Origin: Thalia democratica
Taxonomy: Eukaryota
NCBI GenBank assembly: GCA_965202585.1
Contig: OZ241827.1
Span: forward strand, 20,460,001-20,524,000
Reading direction: 5' to 3'
Length of the DNA stretch: 64,000 nucleotides
Below, one piece after another: positions 13,101-26,154 of this stretch. A program made the translations under genes and the position numbers. Numbering within the stretch: position 1 is the stretch's first letter; each line of letters begins with the position of its first letter. The notes below the pieces were generated by a model. It was not told the DNA's origin and searched no databases. It saw only the letters and a list, made by a program, of their open reading frames with translations.

Positions 13101-13947
13101 GGTTTTAACTTTATTTCTTCATTTTTTAAATACTTGAAATTGTTGACAGTTATTTTTTTCATTTATACAAAAGTCATAATTGATAATATGGCCTGATACT
13201 GCTTTTTTCTCTTAAATTTCCATTAACTCTTTCAATCAGTGGTCTCGAAGTAAATTCAATATATTGGTTACTGTTATCATCAGAGGACTTATATTCGTAG
13301 ACTACATCAAACTTCAATTCATAAAGTATTCAACATGTTCTTTGGTATTTTTTTCAGTATAAACAATAAAAGCACTAAAAGCATAGGAACTTTAGACAAA
13401 ACAATAAATTTAAAAAGTTAGTTTGTTAAAATTTCAAACATTTAAGAAATCGACATTTTACACAGCTCTATATAAGATTTATCACTATCATCAGTTGTCT
13501 TACTTTAACAAAATTATCTCCTAAACTGAATATTTTTACAACATGCACAAGTTTGTATACTTTTAAAAGAGTAATTAAATACCTTTAAAAGGATCAAATT
13601 GATAAACTATATTTCTGCCTATATTTATTTATCTGTATAGAAAATATTAAAGTTATTACACGAAGTAAAATATAAAATGTTGTAAATAAAAAACAAAAAG
13701 TTTAGAAAATAAGGTAATTACTTTATAAATTGTGCTAAAACAAAACGTATATTGATTAATAAAAATATTATAAACAGTGAAAAATAACAACTGATTCGTG
13801 TACTTTAATTGTTTATAAAACCATGATAATCAAGTGTTATGCAAAAAAGTAATTAAAAAAAGTCAAATTCTAACTTCTGTCACCAACCAAAAGAACACTG
13901 ACGTTCTGAAAGAAATGCTATATCATAGATTTCAAAACAATTTGGAC

Positions 13948-14278
13948 TTAACAACTATCACACCACAGTAATAAAGAGCTACAACTATCACATCACAGTA
14001 ATTAGGATACACAACTTTTAATCACAGTAGTGAGAAGCTACGACTATCACATCACAGTTGTGAGGAGTTCACAACTATCACATCACAGTAGTGAGGAGTT
14101 TACAACTATCACATTACAGTAGTAAAAAGTTTACAACTATCACATCACAGTAGTGAGGAGTTTACAACTATCGCATTACAGTAGTGAGGAGTTTACAACT
14201 ATCAAATCACAGTTGTGTGGAGTTTACAACTATCACATCACGTTAGTGAACAGTTTACAATTATCACAACACAGTTGT
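13948..14278 (+). repeat. 30/31-bp minisatellite array (~11 units)
   Basis: Tandem units, mostly the 31-bp gagtttacaa variant. Confidence 0.95.
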
Positions 14279-15127
14279 TGAAAGTTAAAAAAAATAAATT
14301 ATTGAAGCAAATACACTATATATAAAAGGTTTACTTCTTAAATTTTTAAACTATTGTGATGTAATAATTGTAAACTTCTGACTACTGTAATGTGATAGTT
14401 GTAAATTTCTGACTACTGTGATGTGATAGTTGTAAAAATTATATATTGGAAATTGTCAGAAAATTTATGAAGTATTTAATAAAATTTTTAGAAGAAAAGA
14501 GTTCGAAAAAAAAAGTTTGTAGTTTCTTGTCGCACGAAGATGAAAACAATTGAAATAGGGCTGAGAGTCTTACTTATTAAACGGTACTTTCAAGCCGGCC
14601 AAGATCAACCACCTTAAGGAGATACATGTGAAAACGTTAGACAACTCAAGAAAGTGTTAAGTAGTTTATATAGCTGCGTTAATGATTGATTTCTTAAATT
14701 AAAAAAAATTATGATGATCTAGCTCTATAATGATGCAGACAACTGTAGGCAACAGTGATGTGTGAGTTGAAGACTCCGTAATGTTTGGGACAACTTTGAT
14801 CAAAAAAAAGTGTTAACGTCATTTTGGTTGGTGACAGTAGCTAGGATGTGATCTTTTTATTTTAATTTTTTTTTACCATACAGTTGGTCTTTAGATCGTT
14901 ATAAAAAATAAAAGTCAGAAAGCAGTTGTTATTTTGTTGTAGCAATTCATTGTTTATAAGTTTTCTATTGCTTAAAATAGGTTTAATTTTTCTGAGTCTT
15001 TTTCTTATTTACTTAACTTATTTTTTTTTTAAATTTTAGGAAATACATTAATAAACATGAGACAACTCAAGGAAGTACTGAGTCTTTTATAGAGTTACTT
15101 CAAATTTTCATTTCTTAAGTCTTAAAA

Positions 15128-15458
15128 CAACTGTGATGTGATAGTTGTAAACTCCTCACAACTGTGATGTGATAGTTGTAAACTCCACACAACTGTGATT
15201 TGATAGTTGTAGCTTCTCACTACTGTGATGTTATAGTTGTAAACTCCTCACAACTGTGATGTGATAGTTGTAAACTCCACACAACTGTGATTTGATAGTT
15301 GTAAACTCCTCACTACTGTAATGTGATAGTTGTAAAGCTCCTCACTACTGTGATGTGATAGTTGTAAACTTCTTGCTACTGTGATGTGACAGTTGTAATT
15401 CCTTACTACTGTGATGTGATAGTTGTAGTTCCTCACTACTGTGATGTGGTAGTTGTAA
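15128..15458 (-). repeat. 30/31-bp minisatellite array (~11 units), reverse orientation
   Basis: Tandem ctgtgatgtgatagttgtaaactcctcacta units. Confidence 0.95.
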
Positions 15459-17461
15459 ATTATGTAATGTTTCGGAAGCTATGACAAAGCATCTCTTTTA
15501 AAGCGTCAATATCCTTTTGGTTGGTGACACAAGTCAAAAATTGCCTTATTTTCAAATAATTTTTTGCATTACAGCTCGAAACAAGTTGTTATAAACAAGT
15601 AAGGTACACGAATCAATTGTTATTTTTACCGCAAGGCTTGTTTTTAAGTTTTCTGTTGATTAAATTAGGTTTATTTTTTTTGAGTCTTTTTTTTATTGAC
15701 TAAAATTATTTTATTTATTTACTATTGTTTTAGGAGATACATATGTAAATATAAGACAACTCGAAAAAGTACTGAGTCTTATATAGAGTTGCTTCAAAGG
15801 TTTAAAAAAAAACAATTTTTTTAAATAATTTTGTATATAGTGTTCATTAATTACCTTATATATATGGTTTTAGCACTAATCTTGGTTAAAATAACATACA
15901 GTTTTATATTTGATAATGACTAATGTAAAGTTTAAACGCCGGCGCATTGAAAAAAACTTTTATAGGTTTATGTGTGTCTCTTTAAACTGATTTCTAGAAG
16001 ATAAGAATTCGAAAAAGTTCAAGTTTGTTATTTCTTGTTGCACGAAGTTGAAACGAATTGCTAAATATTACTAAGACTCTTGGCTTGTCGAATGTACATC
16101 CAAATTTACCAAGATCAACCGCATTTAAAAAATGCATATGTAAACATAAGAAAATTCTAGAAAGTTTTGAGTTGAGCCAAAGACTGATTTCTTAAAGTTC
16201 AAAACAACTACGACGTAAAATCTATATAATCCTTGACATTATGAAAACTATAATATTCGGACAGCTGTGGTTGATATTTGTATACTTCGTATTGTTGCCG
16301 TCAACTTTGATGTGATATTTGTTGACTTCGTATTGTTGCAGTCAACTTTGATGTGATAGATGTAGACTATTTAATAATGCTGGACAAACGTGATCAATAG
16401 TTTTAAATTATATTTTATGTTAAAACTTTATTAGTTTTTATACAAAAAAGTGTATACAGTTAGAAGTACAGTCTAGTAGTATAAGTTCGTTTTAATTCTA
16501 CTGACATATATTGAAGGTAGTTATTTCCTTTATTTAAATATACTTGGTTTTGTTAAAGTGATCTACCAGATCCACTAATTAGGATACAGCTGAATTTGTT
16601 TTTATTATTCAAGTTTTGGCCGGATCCAGATTTAATATTTTAAGCTTTATGAAGTGTTAAAAGGGAACAAACTTATAAAAATTAAGTTATTTTGATACCA
16701 CTAGTTTAGTAAAAAAGTGCTTAATCATTTATCTTATTAAAAAACAACTAAATGTTGTACTTAAATTATTTTATTTTGAACTCTAACAAAGTAAAAATTT
16801 AATGTCGTAAAAAAAAATCTCTACGAAATCTTATTTTAGATTTTTAGATTTGATTTCAGGCTACTTGTACGATTGAACTTGAATTTTGTATCCCGTATGG
16901 TTTAAAATAAATGAAATTACATATGAAAATTGTTGATAAATAACAAACTTAATGTCGATAAACGTATTTTAAATTAAACATAAAAAAAAAAACTTTAATT
17001 TTATTAATACATTTAACTAAATTTCTTTTATTAAACAAGCTAAGGTTTTTTTTTATTGGACGTTTGAAAACTTCGTTTGAGGTAAATTTAAATTTAGCTA
17101 TGTATTTATCAGACTAACTTAAGTTTTTTCTGTTTAGTCATTGATGTATCACAAGAATAACAAGACTTGTTTTTATTTATATTCATATCATATTTTGTGT
17201 TAGTAGTTTTTATACAGATAAATAAGTACAGTTATAAATACAGCTCGATAACTTAAACCTTTCTACTTAAATTCTCACATTTTTAATGAAAATTAATTAT
17301 AAACTAACTTAAAAGTATACTTTATACACTATTAACAAGTTTTTGCATTTTGTAAAAACACTGAATAAAGGATATACACTTATTAACTTAAGACAACTAA
17401 AGAAAGTGTAAAGTCATATATAGAGTTTTTTCAAAGTTTTATTACTTAATTTTTAAAACAA

Positions 17462-18100
17462 TTATGATAGCATAGTTGTAGCTTGTTACAACTGTGATAG
17501 TTGTAAACTTCTAATTACTGTGATTTGATAGTTGTAAACTCTTCAACACTGTGATGTGACAGTTGTAAACTCCTCACTACTGTGATGTGATTGTTGTAAA
17601 CTCCTCACTACTGTGATGTGATAGTTGTAAACTTCTAATTATGTGATGTGATAGTTGTAAACTTCTAATTACTGTGATGTGATAGTTGTAAACTCTTCAT
17701 TACTGTGATGTGATAGTTCTAACTTCTCACTACTGTGATGTAATCATTAATTTAAACCTTATTACTTAAATTGACACATTTTTAAAGGTAGTTAATTATC
17801 ATTTTAAAAGTGTATTTAGTACATTTAACAAATTGTTGCACCTTGTAAAGTAATTAATTTTAGGAGATATAGTTGTTAATGGAAGAAAACTAAAGAAAGT
17901 GCTGAATTTTATATACAGTTGGTTCAAGAGTATTTTATTTTTAAGTTTTGTAACAACTGTGATGTGATAGTTTTAAACTCTTGACTACTGTGATGTGATA
18001 GTTGTAAACTCTTTACTATTGTGATGTGATAGTTGTAAACTTTTTACTACTGTGATGTGATAGTTGTAAACACTTTACCACTGTGATGTGATAGTTGTAA
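17462..18100 (-). repeat. Two reverse-orientation minisatellite arrays (17462-17742 and 17955-18100)
   Basis: Tandem ctgtgatgtgatagttgtaaact units separated by macro-unit sequence. Confidence 0.93.
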
Positions 18101-18283
18101 TTTCCTTAAGGTTTTAGAAACCATGATAATGCATCTCTTTTAAGCGTAAATGTCCTTTTGGTTCGTGACATATGTCAGAATTTGAGCTTTTTTAAAATTA
18201 CTCTTTTACGCAACAATTGATTATCAGTTTGTTTTCAATAGATAAATTGCATGAATAAACTGTTATTTTGTTACTGTTTATAA

Positions 18284-18560
18284 CAGGTTTTCCCAAAGTG
18301 GCCCTCTTGGGATCCATAACTGAAATTTAGGGGGCCATAAGCAGCAGGGGGGGGGGAGCATAAACTGTGAAGGGGCCACAGAGGGACCATGAGGTCATAA
18401 TTTAAAACTTAGACTATATTTTATTGAGTTTATAATGAAGAGCAAAAAAAAAAGGTCTTAGGTGTTTTTAATGCTAGTTTTAAAACTTACTAGATATTCT
18501 GGACTTCATAATGAAGAGGCAAAAATTATCGAATATTTGTCCCCACAACCGACGATTCTA
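18284..18560. mobile_element. Probable hAT-type MITE fragment (one end only)
   Basis: The macro-unit stops abruptly at caggttttcccaaagtggccc, which resembles hAT MITE termini. GC-rich gggggccat/ggggccac motifs and gaagagcaaaaaaaaaaggtctt follow. The partner TIR was not found. Confidence 0.45.
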
Positions 18561-21149
18561 TTTTAAATAACTCTGTCTACTTATGTACTAATTTATTTCA
18601 CAACACTCACAAACTTTTGCAAATTTAATACTTCATGTTTTTAAGCTGGTTAAATTATTCACCAATTTGTTAAATTTATTATGACGTAACATTTCTGCAC
18701 AACTCAATTTAATTTTCATTTTAAAAACTTGCCTATTCTTAGAGCTTTTTGAGGTCAGTGCTTACTTTTATTAAAATTGTATTTTTTTTAGACAATTTTA
18801 TAATTTTATGTTTTTATCCCAAACTTTGTTTTTAAACCATAAAGTTCGTTTATAGTTACTACCTACATAAACACTATACATGATTATACATGCTTTTTCT
18901 GCTTTTTTTCCAATGTGTGTTAATATTTTATAGACTCCGTAGATCTGTTCTTAAATTTATTTGAGAGCAGTGAAACGCCGTTAGTCGGAATACAGTTTTA
19001 ACACAAAAACATCTGTGGTATATATATATATATATAATTTAACCTTTACTTTTTAATTTATATTAACTGAACCTTATATGTATATAAAGTTCAGTTTATA
19101 TTATGTAAAAAATAAAGGTTAAATCATGTTTTTTGACACCAAGTTCATAAAAGTCTTTACTTTTATAAAGAACACTTGAATTAAAATTTAACAACATTAT
19201 TCAGTGTATATTTCAATCTGGTTCAGTTACGGTGAATACGTATTTACAATTATACGTATTATACAATTTAAACTCATATAAATCATAACCCTTTGGTACA
19301 TTATATTTTAACCAACCTATATTTTATTCAAGTTTGTTAGATATGATTACATATATAAATACAGTTAAAATTATCTAAAATTTTATTGTTGATGTTTCAG
19401 ATAATTTTTAGTGTTTTTATAATGTGATCAATATTTGTAAACTTAGCTAAACAAAAAAGATTACAAACTGTTTTATAAAAGGTGTATGTTATAAAGTTTT
19501 ATTAAAATTTCATTAATCACATCAAATTTATATTTATATAAATATTATATATTATCAAAGGTACCCGTGGTGTACGACTCAATTAACCGAAAGGTTCTTC
19601 GTATCGTACACCAGGTCTTAGGACCAAACATTTTGAGCGTTTTTTGTCGTTTGACAAACTATACTAATGTAAATTTTTGTTTTAAATTTAGGCGTTGGTT
19701 TAGAAATGACTTGAATATAAATTTCTAAAAATGGATATCAATAACAGGCATTATAAACAGGGGATTTTACCTAACCTGAAACCCACTGCGCTTAGAGTTT
19801 ACTTTTCATTGTTTTTTACTACCAGGTGCGAATATACACACTTAATCATACGCTGTTAATGCAAAATTTTTTTCTAAAGAAATTCTGATAATATTATAAT
19901 TTTTCAAAACAAGTTAACTGCTGACAATAAAAGCAATACATATTTTTTATTTAGTTTGGAATTTAAGCTATAAAAACTATACCACATTTTGAACTTAGTA
20001 TAAATTAGATTTTGATGATTACTACTTGCTAAACTAGTTTAAAAAAAGAACATAAATAAGTTTAAACAGTTTTAGCTTAGCATTTAAATTTTTTTTTCTA
20101 AATTTGTACTAAAAATGAATAGTTTAAAAGTGACATCGACTTTCTCAAAAAAAACTAAAAGGTATACTAGAACAAGAATCAGTACAAACATTCTACAACA
20201 AACAACTTCTACGTTGTACGTTAGATTGAGCTTGTAAAACATAAACCTAATATTTTAAAAATTTATTACAGTATTTACACACGAATCTTGGTTAAAGCTA
20301 TGTAACCGAATAGTAATTTATTTAATTTATAGCTTAAAACTGCACTTACACACGATGCAGGGCAAACAATTATAATCTAATTTTTTTTTAACTATACTTT
20401 AGAATAAAATTTACTTTTATGTTAAAATGCTAACATGTGATAACAATTTTAAATTAAGTCCAAAAACTTTGTAAAGTTTATTAACATACAAGTTTAAGTA
20501 AACTTTTAAGCTCTAATGAAAAGTTAAAAAAAATTTAAAATAAAAATTAATAAGACTACTATAGTGTTAAACTAGCTAAAAATAAGTTAACTATCAAACT
20601 GTTGTTTTACTTTAACAAAAAAAGCTTTTAGTTAGAAATTTTCTTTGAAGACTTTTGAAATTTGTACAATATAAACTTAAAATTATACAATCTAACATCA
20701 TTGTCAAAAATCCTGGTTCGTGCGTGTTTTTGTGCGTTTATGTACTTTATTTTGTATTTTTTGATTTTAAACCGAGCCAAAGTCATCTTTAAATTGATTT
20801 CTATAAAAAAATATAAAAAATTAAACTAACAAATATTTTATTTTTTCAAAAACTTTTTAAATTATTTTCTAAAAACAAATTTTTAAAATAGAATTTTATA
20901 AATTTAGTTTAACGCTAAGTTTATTTTAATTTTAGTACATTTTATACTTAATAAACTTTTAAAGTTTAGTTTTAGGTTAAGTTTATTTTGATCTTGATAT
21001 ATTTTACATTTAATAAATTAAAGTTCTTGTGTAATATAAATTAAAATATAGTTTTATTATTTTTTAAAGGTTTATGAAATTTAAATTTAACTTAGTTTAA
21101 ATTATTTTAAATACAGTTTTGTATTAATATAGATTTAAACTGTGCAAAA

Positions 21150-21400
21150 GTGACGATTTGTTTAAAAGTGACGTCATGAAAATACTTGCCCAAAAGTGAC
21201 GCTTCGTGCAAAAATGAAACCCGTATGAAAAGACGTGCAAAAAAAAAATTAAAACTGCATAAATGACGAATGGCTTGGGTGGGAAATAATCGGGTTGGAG
21301 TTGGTCTGGGTGGAAATTGATCGGGTTTGATTTGATCTGGGTGGGAGTTGACCCGGGTCTGGAATTGACTCGTGCAGGTGGGAATTGTTATTATACCCTC
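21150..21400. repeat. Fragment of a non-autonomous element: gtgcaaaagtgac subterminal repeats plus a gggtgg(g/a)aattg-type G-rich tract
   Basis: The repeated aaaagtgacg/gtgcaaaa motifs match the reverse complement of the ttttgcacga motifs of the element at 59710 and 62979. The tract at 21277-21390 repeats gggtggga/ggaattg. Confidence 0.6.
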
Positions 21401-24129
21401 CAAATCAATTGTTTTGAAATATAAAAAACATAAAAAGTATTTTAATAAATTTAAAACTAAATGTATTTGTTAAAAGGAGCAAATAAAAATAGTAGTAATG
21501 TTAACTTTATTTATCTATTCATACTTTGAGACTCATTAATTTTAAGTTTTTTTAAAAACACAAACTCATAAACACCAACAAACGCTTACCGATCTTATTT
21601 AAAAATGAAGTTATTTGATTATTAGATTTATACAAAACAAATTTAACTAATTTCCTAATTGAGTTTTTGTTAGCATACATTTTTGTCATTTAGTAATCTG
21701 TTATTAAGTTAGCAACAGTTGTATCATTTAAATTTAAAAGTCATCGCAAGCTTTATTTTTAATTTATACACCTTTGTTAAAAGTATAAAAAATATATCAT
21801 TGTTATATTAAATCTTATCATTCTATTTAAATAAGCTCTGTATCTAATGATTAGATGCCTAGCGGCCAGCGTAGAAACTTAATAATGATGAAAGATAAGA
21901 AACAATCACTTAATTAAAAGTGGTTACTCCCAACGAGAATCGATTACCCTTTTAAGAATAACCTTGTATTTGACTTAATAGGTTGTTGTATTAGTTAAGT
22001 CATATATAATTAATAATCAACTTTTTCGTGTTACACTACAGGCTTTGGATTAACAATAAGTGAGATTATAAACGAAACTTGCTGAAGTCAAAATATTTAG
22101 TATTTTGTAAAAATTTTAATGTCAAATGAACTAGATAACTCAACTATTTGTAGATTTTTATTAACCTTATATTTATAAAACTAAAGTATCATTTGTTAAA
22201 TAGAGGTAAAACTTGTTTTATTTTGTTTGAAATTAAAACAAAGGTAGTAGTTTCTAGTAAAGTATCTAACTTAAATGATATTACTAATATTAAGTAAACA
22301 TCTTGAGCATTTAAAACCGCATTTGAATAATAACACTATACTTTTGTTATATAAATTACGTTACGGTTTTTAGACCACTAAATCTTTTAAACATTATTTA
22401 TTTATTAAAACAACTTTTAAACTTAGATAAAATTTTTGTTAACTGACTAAAACCAATTATAAAAGATTGAAATTATACCCAAATGTATCTATCAAGTCGT
22501 CAATAATTATCATAGTAATTGTTAATATTAGACACAGGTTTTTTCTTAAAACGTTTATGCACATATGCATAATTCTATCGTAAACAATAAATTAAAAATA
22601 TATTTCAAGACTTACCATAACTTAATGATTAACTTACCAAAAGAATACTTAATGCTAAAGAGTTTGTACATAAATGATATAATTAAAAATAGTATCATAG
22701 ATTATTTAGAAAACTATGTAAAATAACTTTCGAATTAATTACATGGTACTTTTTAATTAAATGTGGTAGAAATTCTGTTAACGTTGAACATGAATAACTT
22801 TTTGTCTTTTTATATCTGAATATAAACTTATTTTGCATCTACTTAACCTTCTTGTTTTACATTTTAGTTTTGTCAAAATTAAAGGCTACAGTTATACTTC
22901 AAATAAAAATTTTTAGTCAATATTAAAGTTATAGACTATTGAAAAGAAATTCGAAGAATGAAGAAAATGTGCCTAAAAATTAGTCTCAACTATGTTTATA
23001 AATAAAACTAAGTTTTATTTCTAACTTTTGTTTTCTTGTTTTGCAAATCACTAGACTTGTAATTAAAATTGCTTTTATCGTAACCTAACTACTTAGTTGC
23101 TTTCTTGAAAAACTTGCCAAGAAGTTAGGTTTGTTTTTTATACATAACAATGTGTTTTAGTTGTTATAAAGTTGTCTATACTGAGTTGTCATTAGATGTG
23201 TTAAAAATGAGTTTATTTACTCGTTGTTATTGTACTAAAAAAAAATAAACATAAATTATTTGTAGACCATTAAAGTTTAAATATTTGTATAAATTAGTAA
23301 AGTTTTTTTTTGGTTTTTGATAACAAATATCATCTACAATTATTTACATTGTTGAGATCGTATAATCAAAGTTATAAATAATGTTTACTTGATTACCACT
23401 GCCTTTAAATGTTAACTGTTTCTAAATACGAATTTAAACATTTCAAGCAGTTTAGATTGACTAATTACCTTTAAATTAATTATTTTAAAGGAAAAATATT
23501 TTGTGTTCAAACTTTAGTATTTTTTATACATATAAATATAAAGCTCTTCACTACTGTGATGTGATAGTTGTAAACTCCGTAATGTTTTCGAAATTATGAT
23601 AAAGCGTCTCTTTTAGCGTCAATGTTGTTTTAGTTGTTGATAGGAGTCAGAATTTGAAATTTTTAAAATTATTTATTTGCATTACCGCTGTTTATCAGGT
23701 TGTTGTAAACAACTAAAGTACACAAATCAAATGTTATATAGTTACTATATACATTGTTTATAATGTTAATGTTAATTAAAATACATTTAGTTTTAACACA
23801 GTTTTTAGGTTTTTTCCTTATTTTCTGAACATGTTATTTTATATTTATTTTTATATCACATTTTGTTTAAAAACTTTAGTAACTTTTATCTAGATAAAAA
23901 AAACAGTTAAAAATACAGCTCGATCACTTAAACCTTTCCACTTAAATTTACACACTTTTTATAGGTAGTTAATTATCATTTTAATAGTAAATTTTTTATA
24001 TTAAAAAATTTTTGCTTATTGTAAAAACATTGATTATAGGAGACACATTTGATAACTAAAGACTACTAAAGAAAGTGCAGAGTTTTATAAATAGTTTCTT
24101 TAAATTATTATTAATTAATTTTTAAAACA

Positions 24130-24345
24130 ATTTTGATGTGATAATTGTAGCTCTTAACTACTGTGATAGTTGTAAACTCTTCACTTACTGTGAAGTGATA
24201 GTTGTAAAATCCTAACTACTGTGACGTGATAGTTGTAGATCCTCACTACTGTAATGTGATAGTAGTAGCTCCTCATTTTTTTAATATGATGGTATTAGCT
24301 CCTCATTTTTTTAATGTGATAGTAGTAGCTCCTCACAACTGTAGT
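24130..24345 (-). repeat. Last minisatellite array of the macro-satellite region
   Basis: Reverse-orientation units, ending at a short TIR-like remnant cctccccacgctacgcctccg. Confidence 0.9.
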
Positions 24346-26154
24346 GCACCTCCCCACGCTACGCCTCCGATTAATAATAAAATTAGAACTTACAAACAAA
24401 GAAAATACTGAAGTTTTGAGAAACTAAAAATATTACTGAAAACAAAATATTAACCGTATATACATTTATTTGTCGTTTTATCATAATTACAAAACAAAGT
24501 CTTTATATAAATAAAAATTTCTAATAAGGTAAAAAATTGTTATGCACAACTAGATTTTTGTTTAAAATCAATATTTTACAAGTCGGCTGCTATTCCTTTT
24601 TAGTTCCACATTGTTATTATTGTTTATTGAACGATAAAAAAGCGCTCAAAGTATTTTTTCTAAGGACCTTGTTTACAAAAAAAACCTTTCGGCTATTGAG
24701 TCGTACACCACATGTTTATACAATTTCTTACGGGCTTTTACGCATAATTATTTTATCATCTAAATATTCAAATCCTTAGTAATAAAAAAATCAATAAAAG
24801 ATTAGTTTAAACACTAACTGATTTAATTACAATAAATGAAGTAATTTGTTGATAAATAACTTATTAAATCCTATCAGTTTGTTGTAGTTTGTCTCAGTGA
24901 GATATAATTATTCAATTTTTTATATTCAAACACTTTATCTTTATATTAAACAAAAAACAAATTTCACGTTAAACAACTAAAAACAAAACTTTTTAAAAAC
25001 AACTTTAACAAAATCTTATCAAAAAAAATCATGATATTTCGTAATATAAATTATTAGGAATATTGAAAAAAAATAAAAAAGTCATAATGAAAACATTCTG
25101 CAGTCCATCTTAAAATTCGTGAAAAACCAAATATGTAAATTCTACTACTTTATATTTTTGTAAGTTTCTAGCACAAACGCAAAAAGTGTTTAAAATAATT
25201 TTAAACCTAGTTAACTATGTTTAATAATTTCAGGCTTTATGCTAAAAAATCAAAAAAAAATCAAAACATTTTGCGTAAGTTATACGTTCTTCCTTTGTTT
25301 TTAAATTGAAATGTTTATTTTTGCATTTAATTTTGTTATTTGCGGGTAATAAAAAGCCAAAACAAAATATTTTTGTTAAAAGTAAACATCGTAAAAATAC
25401 TAGGTGATTTGGCAAAAATTGTAGCGTCCTAAAAAGGGACTATTAGAATAACGACTTAATTTTAAGAAAAAAACATGTAATAAATATTCTTGAAGTAATA
25501 TGTCCTGTCAAAGTACTATAATTACATCAATGTTATTTACAAACACGTGAAACAATTAATTCGAAAGCAATTAAAAGATAAATAATAAAAGTAAACGAAG
25601 TTTTTGATAAAAGTCAGTGCATCAAAAATCAAACAAAAGTTTAATAATTAACTGATGTTATTAAACGTTGAAATACCAGTACATAAAATACTTTGGTCAT
25701 GCACAAAAGTTTATTTGATCAGTTCGTTTGACAGTATTAAAAAAAAAATTAAATGTGGTTTTAGATGGTACTTTAGTTAAATTAATTAAAGACTAGTAGA
25801 TTTGAGCTTTAAAATTAGATAGTGTCGAGTTTAGTATTTATCTAACAATGCATTTAAGTCGTCATGAAAGATAATTTTGTGTTGAGACTTTTTCTACTAA
25901 CTTTCTTATGCTTTTCCAAGTTAAATAATTAAAAAATAAGTTATCAAATAAGTTATCAAATAAGTTACAAATATGTAAGTATTTTATTAAAACATAAATT
26001 ACTGCTCTTAAAGATTTTGAAATAAGAATTGTATAACAAACTTATGAAACTAAGGTTTATCATTATGTATTTTATTTGATAGTCTTTAAAGAATATTTTT
26101 TACAGAACTTTAAACTTGAGTAGTTTTTTAAAAATTGCTCAATAAAGCTTCAAA

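Larger units (their letters stand above)
9450..15480. repeat. Large inverted repeat: 9450-10745 versus 14297-15480
   Basis: 14297-14945 is a close reverse complement of 10130-10745 (e.g. gggctgagagtcttacttattaaacggtac vs gtaccgtttaataagtaagactctcagccc). 14945-15460 mirrors 9450-9890. The spacer is ~3.5 kb. Confidence 0.92.
1290..24345. repeat. Degenerate macro-satellite: at least 14 copies of a ~0.6-0.8 kb unit carrying an internal 30/31-bp minisatellite; + orientation to ~14.3 kb, - orientation after
   Basis: The landmark motif ctgactcctgtcaccaaccaaaa...gacgctttaaaagagatgc recurs at ~1548, 2186, 5723, 6422, 7102, 7731, 9376, 10224, 11029 and 13873 (+). Its reverse complement recurs at ~14830, 15525, 18165 and 23640. 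It is followed by the minisatellite and then ctttgaagcaactctat...gactcag...gttgtctta...tatctcctaaa. The units at 5.4-7.9 kb are directly tandem with a ~0.65-0.7 kb period. Boundaries are approximate. Confidence 0.9.

Noticed and set aside
1625-24345. CRISPR-like appearance of the ~30-bp repeats
   Set aside because: The repeats are directly adjacent with no unique spacers, the context is eukaryotic, and there are no cas genes.
1592-24411. Repetitive ORFs (LQLSHHSSEE, YNYHITVVRS, VIVVAPHYCD) at 1592-1858, 5775-6032, 15248-15436 and 24226-24411
   Set aside because: They are translations of the 30-bp minisatellite, open in several frames and on both strands. The 31-bp variants break the frames, and there are no splice or promoter signals.
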